In this document: positions 1-14,125 of the stretch, piece by piece | How the letters are laid out: the number at the start of each line of letters is the position of its first letter | How positions within the stretch are numbered: the first letter of the stretch is position 1 | Source: Octopus vulgaris | Lineage: Eukaryota | Length of the DNA stretch: 64,000 nt | NCBI GenBank assembly: GCA_951406725.2 | Contig: OX597823.1 | Location: 102,796,001-102,860,000 of the forward strand | Direction of reading: 5' to 3' | Program-made: the position numbers and the translations under genes | Notes under the pieces: model-generated | Database searches by the model: none | What the model was told of the DNA's origin: nothing | What the model saw: only the letters and a program-made list of their open reading frames with translations

Positions 1-409
1 ACTATAACTCCAGGCCAAACAAAACCTTTTGAGTGGATTTGGTAGATGGAAACTGAAAGAAGCCTGTTGTAAACTTGCTATCCAATTCAATAGAATTCCT
101 GAAACTTGATCCTTTGAAGTCCATTCCAGACCCCGACATAAACAACATATATAATAAACTCTATGATGAAATTTCAGACATGTTCTTAACTATGGACAAA
201 AACAGGAGAACAAACTTTTAATTTCCAATTTTTTTCTTATTCCCTAATTTTTTACTTTCATTTCTTGATATTTGATAAGATGGACATAACACATTGAAAC
301 TGGTAATATTTTATAAAAGTCACTCAATGTAGCAAAAATTAAACAATCTTTAGACGTACTTTCATGTTGTTATACTTTTATTTCTTAACTATATATACAT
401 ATATATATA

Positions 410-710
410 AAGTTAATCCAAACATGAAAACACAAAGAGAAAACACAACAACGCGAGGATGTGGAACAAGTATAGTGTTATTGGACGCTCAGAAAAGGAA
501 AGAAAGAAGGAGGATATAACGTTTCGAGCGGAGCTCTTTGTCAGAAACAGGAAAAGGAAAGATCCAAGGAAGGGAAAACAGAGGAAAAAATCGCCTATAT
601 ATTCAAAATGTGACCGCGTGTGTACCGTTGGCGATTTTTTCCTCTGTTTTCCCTTCCTTGGATCTTTCCTTTTCCTATGTTTCTGACAAAGAGCTCCGCT
701 CGAAACTTTA
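410..710. mobile_element. Penelope-type pseudo-LTR inverted repeat carrying two degenerate hammerhead motifs
   Basis: Arms 521-595 and 630-706 are near-perfect reverse complements. Each reads CTGACAA-agagctccgctc-GAAAC. Confidence 0.65.
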
Positions 711-1654
711 AATATATCATCATCATCGTTTAATGTTCATTGATGATGATGATGATATATATCATCAGCATCATCATTTAACATCCCTTGTCCATACTGG
801 CAAGCTAGAGAGGTGCACCAGGCTCCAGTCTGATTTGAGATGGTTTCTATTGCTGGATGCCCTTCCTAATGCCAACCACTTTACAGAGTGCTCCACTGGG
901 TGCTTTTATGTGGCACCACATAAGTGCTTCAATGTGGCACTGGCACGAGTGCGTTTTACATGGCACCAGCACAGGACTCTTTCATGCCAATCCTCTTCAC
1001 CATCAGGGTGACTGGCCTTAACACTTCTGCTGCAGTGGAGTACAGGGTCTTCTTGAGTACAGCAAGGTGCTAGTCATCTCAGTCTTCCTGGGTCTTCTAC
1101 TTCAACATGTTCCATCAACTTTGAGAGATCAGCACTTATTTATGCAGCTGTTGGCATCAATCTGCATCACATGACCAAACCAGTGCAGTCTTCTCTCTCG
1201 CACATAGCATCTAATTCTTCTTAAGCCTAACTTCTCTCTCAGTACACTTACACTGTCGAACAGGTACACTTACATTACATATCCATGGAGCATACTAGCC
1301 TCATTTGTCTCTGATGTCCTCCCTCCTCTCTCTTGAAATAAATTATCTGTTAAAGAAAGTAATCAAATATTTATATATATATTGGTTGTGTGGTAAGAAG
1401 CCTGGGTAAGTGTCTTCTACTATAGCCTCAAGCCAACCAAAGTCTTGTGAGTGGATCATCATATGTATATGCCGCTAGGCAGAATAATGTTTTTGCTTCT
1501 CGCTAACCTCCGCCAAACTTCCTTGCCAACCTCCAACAATCTCTCTCTCCTCCAGCTGGAAGTTTTTTGTACTAAGGTGTTTCAATACAACAGAGTTACC
1601 CACGGATATTTCTCAGTCTTTACACCAGCTAGTGTATACACACATATATATATA

Positions 1655-1702
<48 letters not shown>

Positions 1703-4488
1703 TTGTCTCCTCACCATCACTTGACAACTGATATTGGTGTGTTTACAACCCCTGTAACTTAGCAGTTCAGCAAAAGAGACCGATAGAATAAGTACTAAGC
1801 TTACAAAGAGTAAGTCTTGGGGTCGATTTGTTTGACTAAAGGCGGTGCTCCAGCATGGCCAAAAATAAAAGAGTATATAAATATAATTAAATATATATAT
1901 AAAATTAAAACAGGCTAAGTTTCATGAGGGTGAATGCTAAATATAAAAACTGTTGCTAAATTTGATAAAACCCCCAAGGATTAAAATCTACACTGAAATA
2001 AATTGTAAGCTGGTAATGTAATGTTTCTTAATTTTACTAATACCATCCAATCCATTTCCACTAACTCTCAATGGTTTTGTAGCAGATCTTCTATATACAA
2101 GCTCAATATATTAGACAAACTTCCCTTCAAACACTCCACCACCATTCTTACATAAGCTAGTGGGGAGACTTCAGCATAGCTGCATTGTCTTTGTTACATT
2201 ATTGCTTTGATTAAGGCAGTAAGTGGATAGAATCATTAGTACGCCAGGCAAAAGGCTAAGTGGCTTTTCATCCGTCCGTACATTCTATGTTCAAATTCTA
2301 CTGAGGTCAACTTTGTTTTTCATCTTTTTGAGTGACAATAAAATAAGTACCAGTTGAGCACTGGGGTCAATGATTTACTCACCTCCTCAGTATGATTTTA
2401 AATTACATCTGACAGCAGGGCCCTGGTTTAGGGGCCCCAGGTCTTTGAGGAGTGTGAAACTACCTCCTAGCAACTATTGTTCCCAGTTTCACTCTGACCC
2501 AGAGTGGTAGCACATGTAAGGGTTCCAGTTATGAGTTAATTAGCAAGGCTTTGGTCGGCCCGAGGCTATAGCAGAAGACACTTGCCCAAGATGCCATGCA
2601 GTGGGACTGAACCCAGAACCATGTGGTTGGTTAGCAAGCTACTTACCACACAGCCACTCCTGCGCCAATACATAATTTTTTTATATAATAAAGTTCCCTA
2701 AGCATTTTCATCTTCTCATTTTTTCAATATACAGATTATATGGACTGATATAACATAAGGAAGGTGGAGGTTTTAGTGTTCAGGGAAGGCATGTGTAGGT
2801 TGGGCAGTTTTTCTGATAATGGAAATGTCAGTCCCTTCATGTTTTTTTTTTTTTTTAGTTTACTTCATGTTTTTTTTTATATTTAGTATGAATTGTTCTT
2901 GTTATTTGGTCGAATGTGTGTGTGTGTGTGTGTTTCTATATATAAGTGTAAGTGTGGATGTATGATAAAAAGTTTGTTTTCCAACTACATAGCTTCAGGT
3001 TTGGTCCCACTATGTGTAACCTTGGACAAGTGTCTTTTATTATAGTCCCAGGCTGACCAAAACCTTGTTAGTAGATTTGGAAGATGGAAACTAAAAGAAG
3101 TCCATCAAATAGATATATATATAAACACACACACACACACACACACACAAGTAAGCACATAGGTGCAATACAAGGTGGAAAAAACATTGCTCAAATACCA
3201 AATGAATTAATTTGAATACAAGTTTTTCAGTGTTTATTATCATGACTGTCTGGTGGCCAGTTATATGAAACTTTGAGTAACAGTTTGTGAAGTCTTTTCA
3301 GCTTTAACAAAACAGTATATGTGTGTGTGTGTGTAAGTGTGTGCATCTTTGTATTTGTGTTTGTTCACCACCACCTGACAACTGGTGTTGGTTTGTTTAC
3401 ATCCCCATAACATCAGCAGTTCAGCAAAAAGAGACCAATAGAATAAGTGCAAGACTAAGAAAAAAATAATAAGTAATGGGGTAGATTTGCTTGAGTAAAA
3501 CATTTCAAGGTGATATCCCAGCATGGCTGGAGGCTAATGACTGAAAGAAATAAAAGATAAGAGAGTTTAGTCAGAAGAGAGGGCTGTGCCCATAACCCTG
3601 CACAGAGTCTTTGAAACCAGAGGGTCAGAAAGAAGGTATTTTTAAACTGGAGACCTCGATCAAATGTATGTAGCATAATGAACTCCACTTAAGGCACCCT
3701 ACTGCCAGGAAGTGGTGCCAAAACAAATGATGGATTAAGTCTACTACCCTAATAGACCACAGTGGGATATGAACTCAGAATGCAAAGGGAAGAATGAATA
3801 TCTTACCCTCACCCCACCCAATGCTCTAATGATTCCGGTCCACTGCTCTTGACTTGTATCTTATCTGTTGACCCTGAAAGGATGAAAGGTAAAGTTAACC
3901 TCAGTAGGAATTGAACTCAGAAGGCAAAATGTTGGAATAAATACGACAAGCCATTTCATCTGATGCTCTTCTAAAGCTTCTGCTAATTCCCTGCCTCTGT
4001 GTGTGTGTGTGTGTGTGTGCACGCTCGTGCACATGTGTTTGTATGTGTGTGTGTATGGTGTGTGTGTGTGTCTGTGTGTGTGCGCGTATATGAGTATGTG
4101 TGTTTACTCAGTGATAAGGTAGGTATGTAGTTATCTTGAAGCAAATTCTGACATGTTTTTCTTTGAAATCATATTTGAAATATTTCCATTCCATCGTAAG
4201 GAAACTATTCCAAATCTAATTTTAAGGAAAAACATTTAGAATTGTTTTTCAATGAACACACATATGCATGCACATACATATATACACATATAAGCACACA
4301 CACACACACATTCATACATCAATATATCCACAACAAAAACCAAATTAGTGTAGGAGGAAAATATCAAGATTATTTACCTGTCAGATAAAATACCTTGTGC
4401 AATTTTACATTTTGAGTTCAAAAGGCAACTTCACTCTCCATTTTGTATCACATCTAAATTAACTATGACTTAACTATCCTCTCCCACC

Positions 4489-4540
4489 GTCTCCGATGAA
4501 GGGATATTATTAATATATATCCTGGAAACAGCTGTAAGAC
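4489..4540 (+). ncRNA. Minimal type I hammerhead ribozyme motif, same family as 18526-18581
   Basis: gtct-CCGATGA-agggata...tatcctg-GAAAC-agct-GTA-agac, with a U-to-C change in the CUGA turn. Confidence 0.7.
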
Positions 4541-5329
4541 ATTCTACCTATAAATGCTCTAATATCTATACAGCCTTGGTTTACAGCCTTGGCTTTTTTA
4601 TCTCATTACGTAAAAAATTCTTATACACACATGCTGACATACAACCATCATTGAACCCCTTATTTGCAAAATTACCAAATCTGGAACTTAACTATGGTCT
4701 GTCTATAGTGAGCTGGCAGAATTGTTACCATTCCAGACAAAATGCTAAGCAGTATTTCTTCTGGGTTTTTGTTCTGAACTCAAATGCTACCAATGACAAC
4801 TTCACATTTCATCATTTTATAGCTGATAAAATAAGTACCAGTTGATTACTAGAGTCAATGTAGTTAATTAGCAGACTCCCACACAGAATTTCAGGCCTTG
4901 TGCCTATGGTAGAAATGGTTGTTGTTGTTGTTTGAGTTCAAATTCCATTGAAGTTGACTTTGCTTTTCATCTTTTTGGAGTCAATAAATTTGGTACCAGC
5001 GAAACACTGGGGTTGATGTAATCGACTAGTCCCCTCCCACCCAATTTCAGGCCCCTAGTAGAAAGGATTATTATTATTATTATTATTATTATTATTGTTA
5101 AAGCAGGACTGACAGAATTGCTAGCAAATCAGACAAAATGCTTTATGGCATTTCTTCCTACACATTAGATTCTGAATTCAAATTCTGCAAAATAAGAACT
5201 ACTTGGAAACTAATCAACGATGTAATCAACTTATTCCCACCACTAAAAGTTGCTAGCTTTGTGTCATAATTAGAAAGAATAATTAGTTTTGTTTAAATCC
5301 TAAACAAATATTTAACAAAATGGCATTAC

Positions 5330-6405
5330 CAATGAAAAACAAGGTAACTTTTTCCAGCTGTATTCTGTATAAGCCGTGATGATTTAAAATGATTTAGCGT
5401 CAGTTTATAGAGACAATGACCTCAGTTTGCTGCAATTCAGGCTTGGAGGAAATAACACGCCATTATTCTGGACAGAAATAATATTTAATGAATAAATTAA
5501 TACAACATAGAATGGGGATTAGTTCAGAGGACACTTCCCTTTCTTAGCAAATATTATGCCGATATGTTTCATTCATTAGAATAAAATGTTTACTTTGCTT
5601 TCATATTCCTTGTTTCTGTTTAGAATGAAATAGCCAAGTAGTTAAAGTACCTTGGTTGTATTTCTGAGAGAGACACTTCTGTCAGTTCACCTTGTTGATG
5701 ATTATATAAGATGTGTCTGGCTTTTCCAGAGAAGTTACACACCCAAGATAGACTTGAATCCTATCCAAAAGGAAATCTGTTTCTCATCTATTGAACTCTA
5801 CAGAAAAGGGATTTTATCAATCACTATTTGTTGATCTTCTAATATAAGGGATATAAAAGGATACAACATTAACAACAATTGTTATAAATATAAACACAGC
5901 AATGGACATACGTACATACATACACACGCACGCACGCACACATACATACATAGGAACACATGGCTGTGTTTGTGTGTGTATAACTGGCTACTGTACAGTT
6001 TCTCTCTACTAAATTCCAATCACACCGTATTGGTCAAGCTGAGGCTATAGGACAAGATAACTGCCTAATAATGCTGAGCAGCTCCTATGGATCTTTTAAG
6101 GTTGACGAAACTTGTGTTTTCATCCTTGTCATAGGTGGAAGCATTAATTTACCTTGTGTCTTTGCATTAATTTACCTTGTGTCTTTGCAGTTGGTGTAAG
6201 TTCTCTTAGTCCAGAAGAGTAGAAAGGTCAGTAAGAACACTTTTAAGTTGGCAACTTGTCCTTCAAGTATGTTACCCAACCAAACTATGGTAGTCTTAAA
6301 GAATTCAGAATTTAAAATGTACAAGCCATAACGTGCAGGGTTGTAGTTTATGGCTATCATTTGGAAATTTTATGCAGTGTTTTTAAAAATTAGTGCCAAC
6401 CACAC
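5330..6405 (-). ncRNA. Three putative non-coding exons (6176-6405, 5651-5797, 5330-5467)
   Basis: Each block is bounded by a pyrimidine-rich YAG acceptor and a G|GTA donor. The two shorter blocks have stops in all three frames. Confidence 0.35.
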
Positions 6406-7932
6406 CTGTAATAACCACGGCTATAGTCCTTTCCTCCAGACCAACTATTAAAAAAAGGTTAATCTGAAATAGTTCATATCAATATTAAGATAATTTGAAC
6501 TTAGCACTACATATTAAATTATACAGCATTATATAGCTGCAGCTACCAAAGGGATTGTACAGTAAAATCATTTCACCCTTTAGTTGGCTATCCAATGTTC
6601 CATCTGCAAAATCGCGAGTTGTGATTGCTAGTTTCAAGCTTTGCATGAACTGACTTTTATTATCTGTTAAATTATTCAAGTCTTTTAAAGATCTCAGTAT
6701 GTACAGGTTGAAGAAAACTGTGGAAGAAATATGGTAACTTGATACAAAAGTATAATTTAAGTTAATGTAACCAATTAAGCTTCATATGAAGTGAAAAGAA
6801 ATTCATGAAAGATAGCAGTTGAAAACATCATTTATAATGAGCCAATGAGATAATTCTACAAAGATGCTAAGCCTGGTGGAAATAATAGTCAAATCACCCT
6901 CAAAGTACACCTTCATCATCATCATCATCATCATTTAACGTCCGTTTTCCATGCTAACATGGGTTAAACGGTTCGACCTGGGTCTGGTAAGCCATGGAGG
7001 CTGGACCAGGCTCCAATCGTAAGAATTCAAGGAAGAACAAAAGGGCATGTGTGCATATTTGATATATCTGCTTAAAGGTTGCCAATGTCAATAACTCCAC
7101 TTTCACTTTGTGATCATAAAACGAAAGAATTTAAACATCTAAAACCTATATAGTCATGTATTTATGTGTTAAATATTTCACAAACTTTGTGCGGAAAGCA
7201 ACTCAAAAACATATATTCCCTAGTTCATAGACTGTATGATATGGACATAGAACTGATTACTCAAATATATCATTTTAAGGTTTCTTGTTGGAGTTCGTTT
7301 AATTTTGATTGGTATAAATATTAAGAAGTAACATCTTTTAAGTCGTGTGGAAATTCCTACAGGGTAAGCTAATTAGCAAATTAATCCTAATTCCACAAAT
7401 AATTGTGAGAACTTAACCAGTTAGGTAACGAACTGCTGCCAAAGTATGTAAATAAGCTTAATTTGCAGAAACTGCAACACATTTTCTACATAGCTTATCG
7501 ACTTTACAGAATAATTAACGAAACAACCAAACTTTAAGGGCATAACTACAACTTCATGTTTCTTCCCACCAACACTTTTGTCTTTTCATATCTTCCTTAA
7601 TAATGAACATGATATGAAATTTGACAGGGATATGTTCCAAGTTACCATTCGGTAATAAGGGTTTCAAATTTCGGCACATGGACAGCAATTTTGAGGGAGG
7701 AGGTAAGCTGATTACAATGACTTTAGTGCTCAACTAATACTTTATTGATCTCAAAAAGAAGAAAGGCAAAGTGAACTTCAGCGAAATTTGAACTCAGAAC
7801 TTGGAGCTGAAAGAAATACTTCTTAGGCATTTTGTCCAACGTGCTAATGATTCTTGTACCTCGCTGCCATATTCAATAATAATACTTTCAGTTTGTATTG
7901 TATCATGCTGATAATTAATATCATTCAGGTTA

Positions 7933-8378
7933 CTCTTTACTCTTTTACTCTTTCACTTGTTTCAGTCATTTGACTGCGGCCATGCTGGAGCACCGCCTTT
8001 AGTCAAGCAAATCGACCCCGGACTTATTCTTTGTAAGCCTAGTACTTATTCTATCGGTCTCTTTTGCCGAACTGCTAAGTTACGGGGACGTAAACACACC
8101 AGCATCGGTTGTCAAGCGATGTTGGGGGGACAAACACAGGCACACACACATACATATATATATATATACATATGTACGACAGGCTTCTTTCAGTCTCCGT
8201 CTACCAAATCCACTCACAAGGCTTCTTTCAGTTTCCGTCTACCAAATCCACTCAAAAGGCTTTGGTCGGTCCGAGGCAATAGTAGAAGACACTTGTCCAA
8301 GGTGCCACACAGTGGGACTGAACCCGGAACCATGTCGTTGGTAAGCAAGCTACTTACCACACAGCCACTCCTACGCCT
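7933..8378 (-). mobile_element. SINE family B with an internal 38-bp duplication
   Basis: Reverse complement of the 49222-49602 element. ggcttctttcagt.tccgtctaccaaatccactca is duplicated near 8183 and 8221. Confidence 0.88.
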
Positions 8379-9528
8379 GATTTTTTTTCTTTATTTTAGT
8401 TGTGTTGCATGGTGATCATGAGTTAGATAATGGGTAATTAAAAAGTTTTTTGTTTTTTTTTTGCTGAGCGAAAAAGAAAAAAAACACTTTTCCTTAACAT
8501 AATCGTCATCAATATATTCGAAAACGGCTGTGAAAAATTTCGTTTGAAAATGTCCACGTTTTCTCTTCTCCTTTACAATGACTAAAGTTAAACTTCTGAC
8601 GAGAAGTTAGAAAACTTTGGAGGTAATGTAGTTTGGTTCCGTCCCCGTATTATGTACGACCGAATTTCTCGTTCAGTTTTGTGTGCTAGCATCACGTTAA
8701 ATATTCTAAAACGTCTCTCAGCAATGCGTTAGATATCTTTACTGCTAATGACAGTTTAGTAATTGAAACTATTACCAATTAATAAGTTCGCACGAGCCAA
8801 ACGAAGGTGCTTTTAAGTGATCACTCGCCCAACGAGAAATAGCAGCCAAGTCTAAATCAAATTACGCGCTTACTATCTTAAAGAAGGAAAGAGACGTTGG
8901 ATAATGATGTAGTTCCAAATCTACTAAATACCCTGGAACATATTCGATTATGGGGCTACTCGATCAGAGTTGATTTGGGGTTTAAACAATACTACCAACA
9001 AATAAATTAACTTGAAATAACCCTCACAACGGCGATTTGATTTATCTGCATCTACCTAATTATTTTCAAACCAATGTGTGATGTGCCTGTTTTTTGTCAA
9101 AGGAATTAACGACATAAGTTAATTTGGTTACAATTTATAAATGAAACTAAATTTTCAAGCTCATCCCTCTGAATGCTTCAACCTTTTCGAAACGATCGAA
9201 TTGATGTTTCATGATGCTCGTTCCATAATAAAATAGGAATAAATATAAACATGACTTCAGTCTAACTGTAAATTATGAAAAATAGCCTTGTTTGGGTGTC
9301 ACAGACGGTTTGAGAACAAGATAGGTTGACACGATAAACAATTCAAAACTATTCTAGATTTACTTGTAAGCTGATGTATGAGCACAATTCCGAGCTGAAA
9401 ACTAATCCATTGTTAGAAATTATCCCAAAGGATGGATTAAATCTGAGCTTAGAAAGATTCTAGGAGCAATTAGAAGTTCCATAGAAAAAAAGAGATAACC
9501 ATTTTTGACGTAAAAATCAAAAAAAGTA

Positions 9529-9671
<143 letters not shown>

Positions 9672-10099
9672 GTACCTATATAGGTAAATAGGTAAATAAA
9701 TATAGGTATATATAAATAGTACCTAGACACACACACATACACGTTTATGTATTTGTTTTGCAAGATTCTTGGTATTATTTTTATATTTCGGTCATTTTTT
9801 TTCCAAATAAACACACACACTAGTTAGATTGGGCAAAAAAAGATGACCATCCGAAACATAACTATGTGTGTGTGCGTGTAACAGTTATTAGTGATGGATT
9901 ATCAATCCGGGCAAAATACTTTATAAGCTCTCTATTAATACACCAGGCTAACAATACTGTTTAGATTAGCAAAGAACTCCGCGTATTCTTGTGGCAGGCT
10001 CCGAGGTTATAAGTTCATCACTGTTCTATATTGTAAATCCGTGATTGTGCTCCAGCTATACTGGTTATATATTACTGCCCAGAAGGGGTGTGTAAAAAC

Positions 10100-10170
<71 letters not shown>

Positions 10171-12691
10171 TACATACATACACACACACATACTTACATA
10201 CATACATATATACATACATACATACATACACAGTGGCCTAAAGATAATACGATAGATAGATAGTTTGGGTAAATAAATATATTGATTGGTTAAGGCGAGC
10301 GACAGACACCTCTTGTTCGCAGCATCCTTATATTCCATCCATTAAAAAAATTACTCAACAAGCCTAACAGCTTCTTAAAGAAATCTTGAGAAGTATTGAC
10401 TGGAATATGGCACAGGCGTATCCAAAGACCATGTCTTCGGCAATGCGACAGGGTTTACAATAAACGTGTGGACATGCGTTCATGTGAATGTATGTCTATG
10501 CAGTCTGTTAAATCTAAGGTATGGATTTACATAACTGATATATAGACAACGATCTTGCTACCACATCAAATGACTGCAATATTTCAGAAGTCAACGAAAG
10601 CGCCTCGTTCAGTCTGTTTGAAATAGCAACCAAATTACTCTCAAAACACGCAAAAGAAATAATGTCTGATTATGTACTCTGGATACATTAAGCTTAACAA
10701 ATATATGGAATGGTCGAGGCTGGAATGCTTTCGAATATAAGTCTTGCTGGATCAGACAGAGCTGGTCCGCGTTAAACAACATCAGAAATGCCATAACATC
10801 AGGCAACAAGGCAGCCTGTGTATGGTTGCTCAGCCTACAGGAAACAGCAGCCAAATCTTCAAATCACACCCTACTGTCTTGTATAAGGTATATGGGACTT
10901 CATTAAGTAATGTAGTCCTTCATACCCCTAAAACGGGATATTCATGATTCTAATGCCTTTGATCCAAGGTCTGCGCAAGAAGACCCTGGTCTGGAGTTAG
11001 ATAACAGCAATCATATATATATTTGAAAATACTAATTTGGGACCGAAAAAGAACACAATATAGTTGATATTTTGTGAAAATAAATAATTAGTCTACATCA
11101 GAATTGTAACTAAGCCTTTCTTTTTTCTACAACCATCATTAAATATCGTTAATTACACCTTGCACAAAGTTGTATTGTTTGCGGGTGTTAATTAAGAGAA
11201 ACAGATGCTGAATGAATTTGTGTTATTTAAAATAACATTGGTGGTGGTGGTGGTGGTGTTGAGACAATAATGAAGAGAGGGCAACGGAATGGTAGAATCG
11301 TTAGAGCGTCAGAAATAAATACTTGGTAGTGTTTGTTCTGGCTTTTTACATTTTGAGTTCAAATTCTGTCGAAGATAGGGATGGTCATGTTTGTCTTTCA
11401 TCCTTTCGAGGATGATAAAATAAAGTGCCAGTCAAGTACTGGAGTCGATGATATCGACTAGGTTCCTTTTCAAAATAGCTGGCCTGGTACCTAAATTAGA
11501 AACCATTTTTAGTATTATTTTCACTAATGATAATGAGAATTGTATTGATTTCTTATATTGACACTCATTCATAGCGATGGTGGAGTTAATCGATTGAAGG
11601 ACCCAATAACATGACTGGTGGTTTTGTTTGTTTGCAATCAGAGCTTCGATCCAGTTGTTTTCCCACTTTAGTTTATTATAACACCATACAATGAAAAACT
11701 TATTCAGAGGAATTATAGTAATTAATTATTGTTGTTATTGTTGATGATGATCATCATGATGCTGTATTCTTTGCCATGATAATCTGTATCCAAAATAAAT
11801 ATTTTTTTTCTTTTTCTATAAGAATCAAGAGCCAATAAGAAATGCCAGGTAGATCAACAATATGGCCGAGGGAAAATACCTCAGTGCCAGGTAGAGTCAG
11901 CCAGGATGCATGATGTCAACACAGCATCAACAATATCACCACCGAAATTCGACAACAACAGCTGCAACAATACCCACAACAGTAATACAAACACCTCTGC
12001 TATCATTAATATCTGCCAAACAAGGGAATCTCTTGTAGTCGCTAGGCTTGCGCGAAATACCAATCAAATCTCCCTCAAATCGTACCCTAGCATCTGAGAA
12101 AAAGAGACGTTGGATGGTCCAATGTTCCATGCACATAGGAAAACGACGAGAAGATCACAAGTGGAATGTCTCAATCATAAGTCTGCTTGATCTGACTTGA
12201 GCTGTGGCTAAACGACAACAGAGATCCTCCGAGCCAACGAGGGAGCCTCTGCATAGACATTCAACCTGCTAGAAATAGCAGCCAAATCTTCCTCCAATCA
12301 CACCTTACTATCTTAGAAAAGGACATGCAGTAAGAATGTGAGCTTGGGTTCCATGCATACATGAAAAAGACTAGACTGTCATGACTGGAATGTTTTTGAT
12401 TATAGGTCTGCTTGATCAGAGCTGATATAGAGCTAATTAACAACGTCCACAAAAGAAATATTTCCATAATTAATAAAAGATTGCTATCAATAAGAACATC
12501 ATGAGTCTGGTTGAAGCAATGTTGACAATGGAACATTATCAACAAGAACTTAATCATAATCATCATAAATTAGATCTCAGAGGAAACAAACACATAATAT
12601 ATACAAGTGAGCAATTACAGAGATGTCCAGGAGCGAAACATTTGCGGAGAAGGGTTAAGAAGAGAAAAAAAACAAAAAATATTAAACTCAC

Positions 12692-13825
12692 CCATCTGAA
12701 AAGAGTAGTTTTTATCCAACGTAACATGTTTCCGAAGAAGTCTTATTAATTAAAGACATTTATCTGTGTAACGTATATTGTTTTCTTTTGAAAATGTCGC
12801 AATTAGAACATATTAAATATTAAATTTCATCACAAAATTGTATTATAAATCGAGTTATTGTCATGGAAGAATCATCGTCATGATACATGTGTGTGTGAGT
12901 GTGTATATATATATATTACATAAACATTGATTGATTGATGTCAGTTGATAAACATGTGTGAGTACTGTTAAATGCACTGTTGTACACCAGAATTATCCAG
13001 GATTGTCTTGCTTATCGCGTAAGTTTCTTGTGTTTGTGCTTGTGATGCTGCTATTATTGACCAGGTTGACGATGGCAGTTGTTTTTATTGGAATAAAATC
13101 TATAAAAAATTTATCGCTTCACCTGTCCAAAACAACCGTCTCCAATATAGGTGGCTGCCTTACAGACAGAAGATTCTTGGTAAGAATCCATAACATAGTG
13201 TATATATACATATACATATATATATAATCAAAATAAGCAACAAGGATATCCAAAGGTAGTGTAGTACGATCGTTTCATGCTACTTCATTTAATTAAACAA
13301 TGTAAGTATTACATCAGCCCTCTTCAGCCCCATATGGAATTTTTTTTTAATTAAATTGACAATGTTCATTTTTATACTTATTCCATTTGCCTGGTGCCTT
13401 TAACTTAAGTACCATATTCATCTGAATCTAAATTTTTACTGAACTTATATATATATATATACATGCGATCTTTATAATCTCAGAGATGTATTCTTCGCGT
13501 CACTCGCGAAATAGTGAAGAACACCAACACACCTACACACTCGATGAACCTTTTCTTACATAGCAAGTACCTTGCTTTCGTTGTTTTACCCCCATCGCTT
13601 GCGTGTATCAGATACTTTCTGATCGTAGTCACAGACAGCCACTACATCGAGAACTTGTGCTGTGCTTGCTCAGCCTTCCTGTCTGTTATAATCACGTGCT
13701 CTAATTTCCTTTCTTCCGTTACTTCCAGCTTCCCCTGATCTTTCTTTTATCCCTCTTGTCTCTTTCATTCCTTCTCGTGCTTACGTTGATGCAATATATC
13801 TAAAAAGCTGCACGATTCTTCGTCT

Positions 13826-13865
<40 letters not shown>

Positions 13866-13870
13866 CCCTA
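12692..13870 (-). other. Putative 5' exons of an unidentified minus-strand transcript
   Basis: CpG-rich unique sequence next to a (GA)n tract. Donor CAAG|gtactt near 13570, acceptor ttggacag| near 13122, strong donor TGG|gtgagt at 12692/12691. Confidence 0.35.
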
Positions 13871-14080
13871 TCTAGCCATATATATCTATTGTAAATAATT
13901 GGTATTTCAAAAGGAAAATAACGAACATATTTTCCTTTGGAATCGCATTATGTATCTGCTGCTTTCTTTTTCTCTCACTACAGTCTATCTATTTACGCTA
14001 AATAATCGGAAAACATTTAAAAACAAAAGTAACGGACATAATTTTCTGCAAGAATCGAACCATACATCTCTCTCTCTCTT

Positions 14081-14125
<45 letters not shown>

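Noticed and set aside
5500-5580. Possible intronic C/D snoRNA (ATGAATGA ... CTGA on the minus strand)
   Set aside because: The C box is imperfect, there is no clear terminal stem, and I recognised no rRNA-complementary guide.
7957-8415. 152-aa ORF and similar ORFs at 14519, 42395 and 49210
   Set aside because: They lie entirely within SINE family B copies.
10322-10545. Possible coding exon in unique CpG-containing sequence
   Set aside because: Frames following the candidate acceptors close early on both strands, and no protein family is recognisable.
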